Assembly (NCBI GenBank): GCA_964016885.1 | Contig: OZ024744.1 | Span: 76,198,001-76,262,000 of the forward strand | DNA from: Eledone cirrhosa | Taxonomy: Eukaryota | Direction of reading: 5' to 3' | Length of the DNA: 64,000 nucleotides | Part shown: piece after piece, positions 1 to 13,038 of the stretch | How positions within the stretch are numbered: position 1 is the first letter of the stretch | How the letters are laid out: every line of letters starts with the position of its first letter | The notes under the pieces: generated by a model | The model's input: only the letters and a program-made list of their open reading frames with translations | Database searches by the model: none | Told to the model about the DNA's origin: nothing | Position numbers and translations under genes: made by a program

Positions 1-78
1 CCAAGAAAAACTTCTATAATTAATTTCTAAAAGTCCACAAACATGAAAAATAATATATGGTAAATAAACAGAAAATTA

Positions 79-167
79 TATATATATATATATATAAAAT
101 TCTGTATATATATGCAAGCATGTATGTATATATATATACATATATATATATATATACATATATATAA

Positions 168-236
<69 letters not shown>
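79..236. repeat. (TA)n microsatellite, one of many (others at e.g. 5560-5790, 6300-6625, 12305-12810, 27490-27573, 33070-33570, 55240-55540, 57290-57365)
   Basis: Direct dinucleotide repeat. Source of the spurious YIYIYI/THTH/CVCV ORFs. Confidence 0.98.
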
Positions 237-237
<1 letters not shown>

Positions 238-700
238 CATTGTTTAGAAGCAGGGAGAATTTTTATCAATGAGAATAGGATAGAATCTGTGTATATATAC
301 AATTTACGCTAAATGATTTTATTTGTGGGTGTGGTTATTATTGGAAGTTGTATAAAAAAATCTGTGTTTAATATCAATACTATATATTAAACAATATCAA
401 TACTATATATTAAAATACTATATATTAAATCTGTGTATTTCAGCTAAAATGCTTTATATTTCTTGGGGTGTGGCGGTATAGAGTTTTGGGGACATTTTGT
501 CTTATAGTAAAATGTGAAGTTTAAAAACTGGTGTTGTTCATATTTTTAAGTTAGTCGCATCCAAATGTAGACACATGTGTGTGGGGGTATGTGTTAAGTA
601 TTTCCGTAGAAAAGGTAAAGGAAAGAAGTGTGCTGTATGTATTGTATAGAGCTATTTAATTACATAATAAACAACACAATATAATTATTTTATTACCGAA

Positions 701-887
701 GGGCGGTGGATTGGCAGTATCGGTTGAGGGTCGGGCGCCATGCTTTGCAGCATAGAGTTACGGCCCTTTATGGTCTGAGTTCAAATCCCGCCGAGGTTAA
801 CTTTGCCTTTCATCCTTACGGGGTCGATAAAATAAAGTACCAGTAATACACTGGGATAATTGCTGGCCTTGTGCCTAAAGTAGAAAC
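701..887 (+). mobile_element. tRNA-derived SINE, full-length, with ~19-bp TSD
   Basis: A-box-like TGGCAGTATCGG, B-box GAGTTCAAATCC, core CTTTGCCTTTCATCCTTACGGGGTCGATAAAATAAAGTACCAG, tail GGCCTTGTGCCTAAAGTAGAAAC. TSD AATTATTTTATTACC(G/C)AAG at 683-701 and 888-906. About 10 copies in the window. Confidence 0.9.
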
Positions 888-992
888 AATTATTTTATTA
901 CCCAAGATTTCAAGAAACTAGATGATTGTTTCAAGAAACAAGATAATTCTTGTAAGAAATATCCAGCTTGTTTGTCAGACAAAACAATTTTG

Positions 993-1063
993 TTTTATCT
1001 GACGAACGAGCTGGATATTTCTTGCAAGAATTATCTAGATTTTTGAAGCCTTTGGTAATGAAA
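993..1063 (+). ncRNA. Degenerate type-I hammerhead ribozyme (pLTR-derived)
   Basis: TTTTAT-CTGACGA-stem II-GAAG (GAAA mutated)-CCTTTGG-TA-ATGAAA. Homologous to the motif at 3572-3638. Confidence 0.55.
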
Positions 1064-1369
1064 TAATTATATTGTATTGTTTATTATGTAATTATAAGTG
1101 TATATATATATATTCAAAATGTTTGCATACTCACACAGACGCAAAACTCCCGTATTCACATAGCCAAACCCTATGTACCAGAATATATAAAAAATTATAC
1201 GCCATAACAATCAAATATACGTACGAGAAGGTATACGTACCTTCACAAAACATACGGGTAATATATACTTACCTATGCAAATAAGTAAAGGAATAAACAA
1301 AACATATACTTAGCTCCCACATCAAGACGTAAAATATCCACGTATAGATCGTACTATCCGTTAGGGTAT

Positions 1370-3415
1370 AACGTGGGGCTGTAATACAGGAAAGTTTTGT
1401 GCAATTTATGTTTACAAGCCGAAATTGCATCAGATTTTTTGTTTAAGATGTGGTCTGTGGCGTAGAGTATTTCCAGGGCCTCAGCGGCGCAGAGGTCACA
1501 TGGTCTTTTATTTCCGTTATACGATCTAGCCCTAGCTAGGATCTCCCAGTGTAACTTATATTGGGTGTGGTTGTCTTTTATAATCTAGATATAAGCTGAA
1601 AGTGACGTCATATTCCTTCTTAGAGGGTAACGAAAAGAATGGGTATGCATGTAAAGACGCTGCTTGAAACTATTGGCGGTTGTAACACCCACGTCCCTAC
1701 GGGACGTGGGTGTTACAACCTTACATTTTTAGACAATGTTACTAGAGAGGCATTTCCCGGATAGGGGGCAATCAGCCAGATTCCTACAATTACAGTTAGT
1801 ACTAACTACAGGGTTTCAGGTGTTCTTACGGCTAGGTAGTTTAGCTAAATTTGAAGCTGTGATGTTATGTGCAAGGTTAGGAGTCGTAGAGTAAGAAATT
1901 TTAATAGTATTTCTATTAAAAATGTTACTATATTTATGTGTAGGGGGAAAATGCTTCGTAATAAGGGAAAGAAAGATCTTAGCTAATGGTGTGGCCACCT
2001 CCATATTATATGGCGGGTTATACCAACAAATGCGATGGGATCTATTTCTTCTAGGTCTATTTTCGTACTCTGTATATGCTACCTTATCGACAAATCCACT
2101 TCGAGCAAGAGCTTCATTGTAATAAGTGGAATGGTCGTTGAAAATACGCTCGTTGGTGGAAAGACGGGAAAGCCTCAACGAAACGTTTCTTACCAGGTTC
2201 TTGGTTATGCTGGCAGGATGGTTGGAATGCTTACTTATGTAATTAAGCGTATCATTCGGCTTTCTATACGGGTAATACACCCCATTCAATAAATTGAGGG
2301 TAACGTCGAGGTAATTAACGACCGAAAGATTGGCCTCAATCTGTATAGTGAGGTTGAAGCCTTTAAAGAAGGCTGTGAGTTCTTTTCTGAACCTGTCGCA
2401 AGCACGAGGTCCGCACTTAGTCATGGTCAAAAGACCATCGTCACGGTACAAACCACCGCCCGCGTTGGGGAATTCGTCCTTGATAGAGAAAAGAAGGAAA
2501 AGGCCAATAAGATCAGTAACCTACGCAGAGTCACTGGCACCCATACTCACGTCGAATGGGGTACTATTGGATTTTTTAATCCAAATAGAGTCGTCGAAAT
2601 TAATCACCGACTTTCGGGCATTGAGGATGACATCAACTTCGAAATCCTTAACTACTGTGAGTGTTTTAGCGAAATTGATAGCTCTAAGGAGAAGTGGTAA
2701 AGTGATGGAGGAGTAGTAATTGTTGATGTCGATTTGGATAAAACGGCTATGTTCCTTGTTACATATGCCGTTGAACCAATCAATCACCGCGAAAGAATTG
2801 TTCCACAGTGCAAGAAGGGCCAAACTTCTAATTTCAGGTATAATTCTATCAAGAATCGTTTTACTAAGTCTACCTAAATCGGACTTCGTAGGGTTAATAA
2901 GCCGAATAGAGGGGTTGTTCGGAAAATTGGATTTGTGATCCTTCAGGGTAAAGTGGGGAGAAATAGGGTCCAGAGGTTCGGTCCGGTCCAGGATGTTGAG
3001 ATCAGATGTGATTTTAAACCCAGCATCGTTGATTTCATTGATGACGCACCGATTAGTTTTACGGTAATCCTGAGTTACAGGATTATGTAGTAGTTGATGG
3101 TAAGTACTGCGCTCCACTTGATATAGGTTGCCAGTTTTGTCGGAGTGGACGTGCACGGCCTTAGAATCCTTAATATAACGAATTCTATTCTTCAGGTCTT
3201 GCTGGAAGGAATTGCTCCTATTCCGAAATTTGATACTCCGAATGAGTTCCAAGACATCATTTTCGAAGGGTAGCAATGCTGGGTTCCACGGGGGTTATTA
3301 TAGGTTTTAAATCCAAATTTATCCTGTTTGTTGTCTGCTTTTCGCGGATTATCGAAATAAAAGGCACGCCAACGCAACCTTTTAATGAACGTGTCTGTTT
3401 TCTGTATCAGGAGTT
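1370..3415 (-). pseudogene. Penelope-like element (Naiad-type) RT + GIY-YIG endonuclease, disrupted
   Basis: Minus-strand ORF pieces RWRAFYF, SDKTGNLY, LKDHKSNFPNNPSIRLINPTKSDLG, QIDINNYYSSI, MGASDSA, YRDDGL, YLDVTLNL; downstream CNCRNLADCP linker and CDLC..E motif. Stops and frameshifts present. Confidence 0.92.
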
Positions 3416-3571
3416 TTAATAAATAACATGGTGTGTTATATATATATCAAATATGGATTTGATATATTTTTTCCCCTCAATCTTTTTGTGCCCCTTATTT
3501 GGTTTCAGCCTCACTTTCATATTTCCTAAAAAATTTTTCAAATCCATATTTAATAAACACACTATGTTATT

Positions 3572-3638
3572 TATTTGTTCTGACGACTGAAGACAGATAT
3601 AAATATCTGTCTCCAAGAAACCACTGGTAAATGAAATA
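3572..3638 (+). ncRNA. Type-I hammerhead ribozyme in inverted pLTR at the 5' end of the Penelope element
   Basis: TATTTGTT-CTGACGA-(GACAGATAT/ATATCTGTC stem II)-GAAA-CCACTGG-TA-AATGAAATA. Confidence 0.7.
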
Positions 3639-4956
3639 TTTATCTTATGTTGTTTATTACATAACTAAAAAGCTCTTTAGCCTACATAGAGCACTCTCCT
3701 TTCCTTTAACTTTCCTACGGAAATACTTCATTTATATTTATATATATATATATATTCAAAATATGAGGCACAGGACATAGATAATGGAAAAAAAACCCCA
3801 GAAAGGTGGACATTCCCATCTCTTCAGTCAATCTCTGTAAATCATGGCGGTTACGGTCCCTTAAGGTTGACACCTGTTATTCCAGTGGTCATTGGGACAA
3901 AACAATAGGTAGAGAGAGGTTATGCCTTTAGGCGAATTACACAAATACAGATGCAAAAGTATTTCACGTGTGTCAACTGACAAAGAAGGGCTTAGTCAAG
4001 GGAGAAATATTAAAAGGAGAGAAATAGTAAAACAGAAGAAAATAATATGGACTATAGTCCAAGGTGAAGGCGAAGAAGAATGACACTGAGGTGTAGAAAA
4101 GGTTAGAAGGGAGAATAGAAGAAGACAGACAGGGTGTTGTGACGTCAAAAAACGTCTGCATGACTAAGTCTTTAGAACGGACATACACACGCTCATAATT
4201 TGAGCAAATGTATTCTATCATAATCACAGAGGAACCAATTATTTGTGAGTAGAAGGAAACTATGAAGAAGCCAGTTGCATGTGCGTGCTTGTTTATTCAC
4301 CTAAAGCATAAACATCCATATTAATTATACTTTCTGTTATCTTTCCTTTCTTAACTATTTCCTATTTATCTTTATCCAATGAACACTTTAGGATAAATGA
4401 GCATTTAAATGTAACTTACCTTCCTTGTTATATGATGGATTCTCCGTCAGTTTCAACGGAGGTGTTTCGGTGGTTCAATCAACAAAAGGTCTAGCCAGGG
4501 AATTAACTTGTAAACGGTTAAGTGTTCAACAGATATTTAAAACCCTTCACGTAATTACCAAGCCGAACCACCCTATGTAGTGTGTGCAGCATGGCTGAAG
4601 ATTTAAATTACAGATATATATATATATATATATACTACTCACTTGCATGTTCCACTGTCCTGCCCCACCCCCTACCACCATTTGGTCTATTTTCCTGTTT
4701 TTTATCTTTTTATCTTTCTTCCTCTCTCCTCACTACTTTTCCCCTTTTTTTCTTCTATTTTCTTTTTTTCCCTCCTGACCATTTGATCGATAAAAAGCCT
4801 TGAACGCGCTGCTGATCGCTTTTAGATGTCCTTTATTAAGCGCCGAAACATCTATGATCTCGGTTTACAGCTGATGAAGGATTTCTCCTCGTGTTTCGTC
4901 CATATTACTATCTTAAAGTTTGCTTACAGTAACCACACAGCTCTTTTCGTTTCTTA

Positions 4957-5042
<86 letters not shown>

Positions 5043-5177
5043 TGTGGAAAACGAAGAATCAGTGATGCATCGGAACACAGAGTATACCAGGCGGTATGCC
5101 GGTTGAGCATAGAGTGCTCAACCAGCATACCACCTATGGACGCATCCTAACAACCGTACTACACACACACACACACT

Positions 5178-5212
<35 letters not shown>

Positions 5213-5234
5213 CATATATTATATATATAAATAA

Positions 5235-5503
5235 ATCCTTACGGAGTCGATAAAATAAAGTACCAGTAATGCATTGGGTAATTGCTGGTCTTGTGGCAAA
5301 AGTAGAAACAATTATATGTATAATAATTGTTTCTACTTTAGGCACAAGGCCAGCAATTACCCAGTGCATTACTGGTACTTTATTTTATCGACTCTGTAAG
5401 GATGAAAGGCAAAGTTAACCTCGGCGGGATTTGAACTCAGATCGTAAAGGGACGTAACTATGCTGGAAAGCATGGCGTCCGACACTCTACCGATACTGCC
5501 AAT
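5235..5503 (-). mobile_element. tRNA-SINE (5323-5503, minus) plus tail-to-tail inverted partial copy (5235-5315)
   Basis: Reverse complement of the SINE at 701; the partial plus-strand copy forms a palindrome with it. Confidence 0.88.
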
Positions 5504-5573
5504 GATTTGATATTCGTAATAGTTGTCACTATATTATATAATTGTTTCTACTTATATAATGATATATATATTA

Positions 5574-5760
<187 letters not shown>

Positions 5761-5868
5761 CATATGTATATATATATACATACATATAGATGTAAGTGCT
5801 TCTAATCTATTGTAAAATTGTATTCGTTGAATAATCAATGAACCATATTTATCTTTGGTCATACATAC

Positions 5869-5939
<71 letters not shown>

Positions 5940-6309
5940 TATATTATATACATGTATATTGATCATTCACACTCTTGCCATCAGACCAAAACATGTAGTA
6001 TGCTTTTACATTCACCAGTTGGCTGGAAAATTAAATCTATTTCCATACTGCATTTTCTATATTTTCCCCCAAAATTTCAATGAAGTGATTTTATTAATGC
6101 AATTTTCATTGCTTATTGTGTTTTTACATTTTAAAGACATATAGACGGAGTTTTATATAGAAATCGAATGAATAATCTCGGTTAATCGAAAAGTTTTCAC
6201 TTTACAATACGGTATTACATGTGTAAGACTGATAGTGTCTATGTTTATATAATAATATATATATATATATATAATAATATGATGTTAACGGGACTAGCAT
6301 ATATATATA

Positions 6310-6409
<100 letters not shown>

Positions 6410-6556
6410 AGTGTGTGTGTGTGTATATATTTTACTTCACAATACGATATGACATATGTGAGACTGATAGTGTATATAAGTATATATATATATAAGAGCG
6501 TGAAACTAATAAAACTTTGTTCGTACTGCTTCTCTGTTTTGTTCCCGTTCAATTTT

Positions 6557-6626
<70 letters not shown>

Positions 6627-6948
6627 ATGTTAACGGGACTAGCATATATATATGTATATATATATATGTGTATATATATATATGTAGCGACTAGCGCCAC
6701 CTTGCCCTGGGAGAAAAAACTAATTGGAGTTACTTCCCGTAGAATTCTAGAAGATTCTTTGAACTTCCAGTCTAGGGATTATAAAGTAGAGAGAAAAGAG
6801 ACATCTTAGCTTATTTCGCGACCGGCTCTCGGACAGTTCACTCACGAGCGAGTTTGTTAACCTTATTATATGTGTATCGAATTTAATTAGTGGTTGGCCT
6901 GCAGTGGCGTTTACCAAAGTAAATAACCCTGTGACCAATTCACTAAAG

Positions 6949-6959
6949 TGGTGACCCCG
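6949..6959 (+). promoter_or_regulatory. Primer binding site complementary to the tRNA-Trp 3' end
   Basis: TGGTGACCCCG just after the 5' LTR; complementary to ...CGGGGUCACCA of cytosolic tRNA-Trp. Confidence 0.75.
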
Positions 6960-7073
6960 TTTGAACATATAATTTCTACCGAGGTCTGAACATATAATTT
7001 CTACGACGTTTGAACAAATAATTTCTACCGACGTTTTGAAAAAGAAAATCATCTCTCTCGACCAAATTTCATC

Positions 7074-7838
7074 ATGAGCAACACATCGTTACCAGCGTAT
7101 TCTGGCGATGCCAAATTGTGGTTCGCCCAGCTTGATGCGTATTTTGCGGTCAACGTAGTACAGGAAAAACATAAAAAATTAAACGTGCTAATCAGCGGAA
7201 TTCCAGCTTCACTAGCAATTGCAGTAAAAGACATAATCAAGAACCCTCCCCAAGGCGTTTCCTACGAGTCTCTGAAGACAGAGGTACTGCGTAGGAACTG
7301 TAGGTCAGCTGAGAGTAAATTTCGTTCCTTATTAGAGGATGAAAATCTGGGGGACAGAACTCCTACAGAGTTTTTACGGCGTATCCGTGAACTCAGTGAT
7401 GCTGCACCCGAAGACAGTTCCTTCGTAAAAAAGTTATTTTTCTCCCGTTTGCCAACTAATGTGAAAACCATATTAGCGAATACGGTTGACACTAGTTCGA
7501 TAGAACAAATTGCTGCCTCTGCGGACAGAATTATGGAATTTTCTACAGAACCTACCTCGACTGATTCGGTCATTGCCTCTTCTGCTTTGAAAACCCAGCC
7601 TACTTCACCTCGTGAGGACTCAATGTTGAGAGCCATTGACGCGCTAACTAGGCAAGTAGCTCAACTATGTAGGGCTCGAACGCCATCTAGACGGCGTTCA
7701 CGAATTCGGTCTTTTTCCTTTCACCGTCGCGCCAATCTCCTCGCAAACAACTCGTCTTTGTGTTGGTATCACATGCGTTTTAGTGAAAAGGCGAAACATT
7801 GTAATCAGCCCTGCTCTTTCGAGACCTCGGAAAACTAA
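7074..7838 (+). CDS. gag: Gypsy Gag-like protein (254 aa, intact frame)
   Basis: LWFAQLDAYF, LGDRTPTEFLRR and C-terminal CWYHxRFxxxAxxCxxPC typical of Gypsy Gag; lies directly after the PBS. Confidence 0.85.
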   Translation: MSNTSLPAYSGDAKLWFAQLDAYFAVNVVQEKHKKLNVLISGIPASLAIAVKDIIKNPPQGVSYESLKTEVLRRNCRSAESKFRSLLEDENLGDRTPTEFLRRIRELSDAAPEDSSFVKKLFFSRLPTNVKTILANTVDTSSIEQIAASADRIMEFSTEPTSTDSVIASSALKTQPTSPREDSMLRAIDALTRQVAQLCRARTPSRRRSRIRSFSFHRRANLLANNSSLCWYHMRFSEKAKHCNQPCSFETSEN

Positions 7839-7879
7839 AATTGGAGCGTCTGGGCACGGCAGATCTCTCCCTCATTAAT

Positions 7880-9560
7880 TCACCTTATCGTGCTTTTTTC
7901 ATTCGAGACCGAGTTTCAAACAAATCATTCATGGTCGATACAGGATCAAGTTGCAGTCTTTTGAATCCGTCAAGTCTGAGATAGCTGAAGTTTCCTTCCT
8001 CGCCCATCCTGTTGCAAACGCGAGACTTTCTTTATCTGTGGATGCATCCGATCATGTCGTTGGAGCAGTCTTGCAACATGCGATCGACCACCAGGTTCAA
8101 CCACTGACGTTTTTCTCACGCCAACTAAAACCAGCAGAGCAACGTTACTGTACTTTTGACAGAGAGCTTTTAGCAGTTTATCTTGCTGTGAGACACTTCC
8201 ACACAATGAAGGTCGGAAGTTCACAGTATTCACAGACCATAAACCACTCACATTGGCTCTTCAAACCAAGTCCGACAGATACTCTCCAAGGGCATACAGA
8301 CATTTGGAATTCATCTCCCAGTACACCAGTGACATTCGTCATATAGCTGGAGCTGCCAACATTTTCGCGGACGCATTATCTCGACTTTCTGTGTGTTCTC
8401 TTGCGTCTCCTGCACATATCGATTTAGTTGCCATTGCAACTGACCAACCTACTTTGGATTCGCTGGACATTTCCTCTGATCAGTTCTCCTGCTGCAAATT
8501 TGAATATTTACCTCTTCCATCTTCTGAAGGAAAAATTCTCTGCGATATTTCTACTGGCTCACCCAGACCACTTGTTCCAGATTGCCATCAACGTCTCGTT
8601 TTTGATGCACTTCATTCCTTGTCGCATCCTGGCATAGCTGCCACGGTGAAGTTTATTACGGCTCTATTTTTCTGGCCTAATATGCGTCGTTTAGTCACCG
8701 GTTGGGCACGTTCTTGTTTCAAGTGTCAGCGCTCTAAGATTTATCGGCATGTCCGCGCTCCTCTTGGGAAATTCAGCCCGCCAGACGCACGTTTCCGTCA
8801 TATTCACGTAGATATTGTTGGTCCATGGCCCGTTAGTCGTGGGTTCACATACATATTGACTTGTATCGATCGTTTCTCTCGGTGGTCTGAAGCCATATCC
8901 TTAGTGGAAATAACAGCAGCAGAGTCCGTTGCCCGAGCTTTCATTTCCAATTGGATTGCTCGCTTTGGTGTTCCTACTAAAATAACTACGGATCGTGGAC
9001 GCCAATTTGAAGCTTCCTTATTTCGTGAAATATCACGACTCTTGGGTGCTCATCACATTCATACGACCAGCTATCATCCAGCCTCCAATGGAATGGTCGA
9101 GAGGTTTCATAGACAGTTGAAAGCTGCACTTCCGCAATGTTGGACCGAATTTTTGCCAATCGTGCTTCTTGGTTGTCGTTCTGCCATTAAGACAGATTTA
9201 GGCGTTTCTTCTGCTGAACTTCTTTATGGTACCACATTGTTTCTTCCTGGACAAATGTTAGCACCAGTGGATTCATCACATCTTGACCCAGCATCATATG
9301 TTACCAGGATTCGTTCGTATTTCTCGGATATCCACCAATGAACCCTCGTGACCAGTCTATTTCTTCTGATGTCCCATCGGACATCTCTACGTGGACACAC
9401 ATTTTCATACGGAATGACTCCGTCAAGGGACCTCTTACGTCACCTTACAATGGACCTTTTCGTGTGCTTTCGCACACACCATAACACTTTACAGTGGCTG
9501 TCAATGGTCGAAAAGAGGTAATATCCGTTGACAGAGCAAAGAAGGCTTTCTCTGAAAGTC
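7880..9560 (+). pseudogene. pol: Gypsy pol remnant: protease stub, RNase H, integrase
   Basis: FMVDTGS protease site near 7930, VDAS..VGAVL, RYCTFDRELLA, H..SHPG...C..C zinc finger, HVDIVGP/TDRGRQF/NGMVER DDE core, GPF motif. Frameshifts; RT absent. Confidence 0.9.
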
Positions 9561-10283
9561 TCGCATCATTGCCTGACATACCTCGCACATACACTCCCAC
9601 ACAAACACCTTCACCTCCACCACAAACACGACATACCACGCAACCATATGTCACACGAAGTGGTAGGACAGTAATATGGCCACGGAAACTCTCAAAAACA
9701 ATATTCGTCTAATCCCTAGTAGCATTAACTATTTGACTTTGAAAAAGTTTGAACTTATTTTGAGCACTATATTCCTTGCTCCCTTGTACTGTTTTGAATT
9801 GTATTGTTCCAGTTACATTTTTCTGCATGTTCATTTTCATACTTTGCTTCTGTTACAAACCATTGTAATTTATGTACCTTTTGTTTTGCTTGCTCCTTAT
9901 TCTACGGCTCCTCGCTACAATGACCTTACGGTTATTATCAACTATCGTCTCAAGGGGAGCCTTGTAGCGACTAGCGCCACCTTGCCCGGGGAGAAAAAAC
10001 TAATTGGAGTTACTTCCCGTTGAATTCTAGAAGATTCCTTGAACTTCCGGTCTAGGGATTATAAGGGAGAAAAGAGACATCTTAGCTTATTTGGCGACCG
10101 GCTCTCGGACAGTTCACTCACGAGCGAGTTTGTTAACCTTATTATATGTGTATCGAATTTAATTAGTGGTTGGCCTGCAGTGGCGTTTACCAAAGAAAAT
10201 AACCTTGTGACCAATTCACTAAATATATATATATATATACAATGATATTAAATAAATGGAAACTATATTTATAAAACCATATT

Positions 10284-10344
10284 TATTCTATTATATATAT
10301 TTCAAAGGTACCAACATTTTGGTACGTTCTCATCAGATAAAATA
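10284..10344 (-). ncRNA. Type-I hammerhead ribozyme (family A)
   Basis: Reverse complement reads TATTTTAT-CTGATGA-stem II (GTACCAA/TTGGTAC)-GAAA-TATATA-TA-ATAGAATA. Confidence 0.8.
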
Positions 10345-12107
10345 CAAAGTTCGTTTTATAAATATTGACATAACCATGAAGAAGATTTTAACAGTTCAAG
10401 TTTTTCTGGATAGTAAAGGAAAGAAGGAAAAGCGAAGAAAAGTCAAATATTTCAAATTATTAAGATGAGTATGCAAATGAGGTTGAGGTATAGGGCTGAA
10501 AAAAACGACATTTTTAGACGCCTGGTAGATTTAAATAATTATTAGGATATATGTATGTATGTGTAGGTAGAAGAAAGAGAAAGAAAGAAGAGCTTGTATT
10601 TACGTTAATTTAAAAGGAATTAACAGTTTGTAGGAATGGTGGAATATGATTCCAGAATTTAAAAAAATATTTAGCTATATTATGAGTTATAATATTGTAT
10701 ATATAATCAATTAGATTATATGAAGAATTACGATTGTAAGTACATTTTATCTTATTACATTGCAACAGGTTGTAATTATATAAATATCTATATAGATTAA
10801 TAATTGTGCAAGTATAAGTATTATTGGTGATTTTCTAGAAATAAACTACAATTATTAATTGTTTATATTTCTCATATGAGTTACGAAGGATTTTACATTT
10901 TACATAACAAAACTTTAAGAAAAAGACGTAGTTCAAGTTGTAAGAGGAGAACAATTTGTAGATTCAAATATTTTGTTCCAGCATTGAAAATGTTTTCAGA
11001 ATATTATTAATTTAGCGAAGTTATATAGTTTATCATACAAGTTAACATGTTTATGTTTGCTCAATTGTAAAGGAAAACATAACTCCAATATTATTTGCTA
11101 AACATTAAATGTGATGAATGATTTACTCAGAAAGTATGTAGAGAAAATTATATATTATTTCGTGTGAGATTATTTTTTTCAAGGATGAGAATTTCAATTA
11201 CATATTATTTACGTCGAAAGATGTGTGAAAAGTTTAAAGATTAAGAAGAGGAAAAAAGTATTATGCATTTCGAAGAACTATCGTAAAGAGGATATCTTTC
11301 AGAATGTCAATTAAAGATTAACAATCTACATCTAAAAAATAGATTAAGAAGAGTATCATTAGGAAAAGAATATCAAATGATAAAAATACTAAATTTAAGA
11401 AGGAAGATCATTTAAAAAGTTTTAAATTTTTAAAGAAATACTCAGTAAATAATAGGATTATTTTAAAGGTGTATAAGATATAGTCAAGTGTAATGAACAT
11501 CATAGATTAAAAATACTTCGGAAAGTGGAATTTTGGCGATGTCTGCAACTAGAAAATAACTCTGTTCTTAAATTAATAGAGTTTTGACAGTTAATTATAT
11601 AAAGAATTTCCTCGATACACAAATGACAGATTCTTCAGAAAGCCGTATTTCGGTATTCAGGTGCTTTCGAAATCATTCCCCAAGATATTGACTAGTCTAT
11701 ATTGTTGTCCTTTAAATTCCAAATTAAATGTGAAATGTGAAGATTTTTTATCGGACCTATTAAATGTATGTTTGTGGTTGTACCAGCGTTCTTTGAATTT
11801 TGTAGAAGTGGCACCTATTTAATTAAATATTTTGTCTCTAGTTTTAACTGTGCATTTATAAATTACGTTTCTTTCTCTTTCTTCTTCTTACACATACATA
11901 TATCCTAATAATTATTTAAATCTACCTAGCGTCTAAAAATAACGTTTTTTTTCAGCCCTATACCTCAATTTCATTTGCATACTCATCTTAATAATTTGAA
12001 ATATTTGACTTTTCTTCTCTTTCCCTTCTTTCCTTTACTATCCAGGAAAATCTTGAACTGGTAAGATCTTCTACCTGGTTATGTTAATATTCATAAAACA
12101 AACTTTG

Positions 12108-12168
12108 TATTTTATCTGATGATAGCGTACCAAAGTTTTGGTACCTTTGAAATATATATAATAGAATA
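12108..12168 (+). ncRNA. Type-I hammerhead ribozyme (family A)
   Basis: TATTTTAT-CTGATGA-TAGCGTACCAAAGTTTTGGTACCTTT-GAAA-TATATA-TA-ATAGAATA. Confidence 0.8.
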
Positions 12169-12304
12169 AATATGGTTTTATAAATATAGTTTCCCTTTAT
12201 TTAATATCATTGAATAGTATACTCCAGAAAACATATCGAGTGCTTTGAATCAGTTATAAAGATTTATATTTGTTGAATTACCAACAAATTAAATATCCCT
12301 TTTG

Positions 12305-12350
<46 letters not shown>

Positions 12351-12454
12351 CATGAGTTTCCGGGTTCAATCTCATATACATATATACATACACTAACACA
12401 CACACACATGCACACGCTCGCACATATACATATACTTGTACACACATACACACA

Positions 12455-12540
<86 letters not shown>

Positions 12541-12692
12541 TGTGAGTATGTGTGTGTGTGTATAAGTAAATGTGTATGTGTGTGCATGTGTGTGTGTGTG
12601 AGTTTGTGTATGTATATACGTATATGAGATTGAACCCGGAAACTCATGATTGTGTAACGAATCCTTAATCACTCATCCACGTCTAATGCTTG

Positions 12693-12812
<120 letters not shown>

Positions 12813-13038
12813 ATGCTTTGAGAGGGTCATGTTGCCAATAAGAAACACAACATGACCCTCCCAAAGCATAACAATATCGGTTTCAACACACGTTTTCAGA
12901 TAAAGAATCTTGCTAAACAAATATATATATATAGAACTCTCTTCCTACCCACCTTTCTCCTTGATGAAGGGCTTATGCCAGAAACGTTGACCCCCCCTTA
13001 CTCTCAAGCGTGAAACTAATATTAACATTTGTATTTTG

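Larger units (their letters stand above)
6683..10223 (+). mobile_element. Gypsy/Ty3 LTR retrotransposon, internally deleted (no RT)
   Basis: Direct LTRs 6683-6947 and 9963-10223 (roughly 8 substitutions and 1 indel by eye), PBS TGGTGACCCCG at 6949, purine tract AAGGGGAG before the 3' LTR, gag-PR-RNaseH-INT order, inserted in (TA)n. Confidence 0.95.
10242..12305 (-). mobile_element. 5'-truncated Penelope-like element with ~350-bp inverted pLTRs
   Basis: Inverted repeats ~10242-10590 and ~11868-12212. Minus-strand GIY-YIG C-terminal remnant (CHLCIEEILYIINCQNSINLRTELFSSCRHR) near 11530-11640. Hammerheads in both arms. Confidence 0.85.

Noticed and set aside
27-302. YIYI/THTH/CVCV/LSLS ORFs throughout the window
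   Set aside because: Translations of dinucleotide microsatellites.
701-790. tRNA gene
   Set aside because: Only A/B-box-like motifs without a cloverleaf; it is the SINE head.
4840-4900. CGAAAC...CTGATGAAGG as a type-II hammerhead
   Set aside because: Stems I and II could not be paired convincingly.
6960-7037. Three ~26-bp repeats resembling a mini CRISPR (AATTTCTAC)
   Set aside because: No spacers, no cas genes, eukaryotic context; they lie in the Gypsy 5' leader.
12955-12995. TTGATGAAGGGCTTATGCCAGAAACGTTG hammerhead
   Set aside because: Probably a decayed pLTR ribozyme, but the cleavage site and stem I are lost; not counted.
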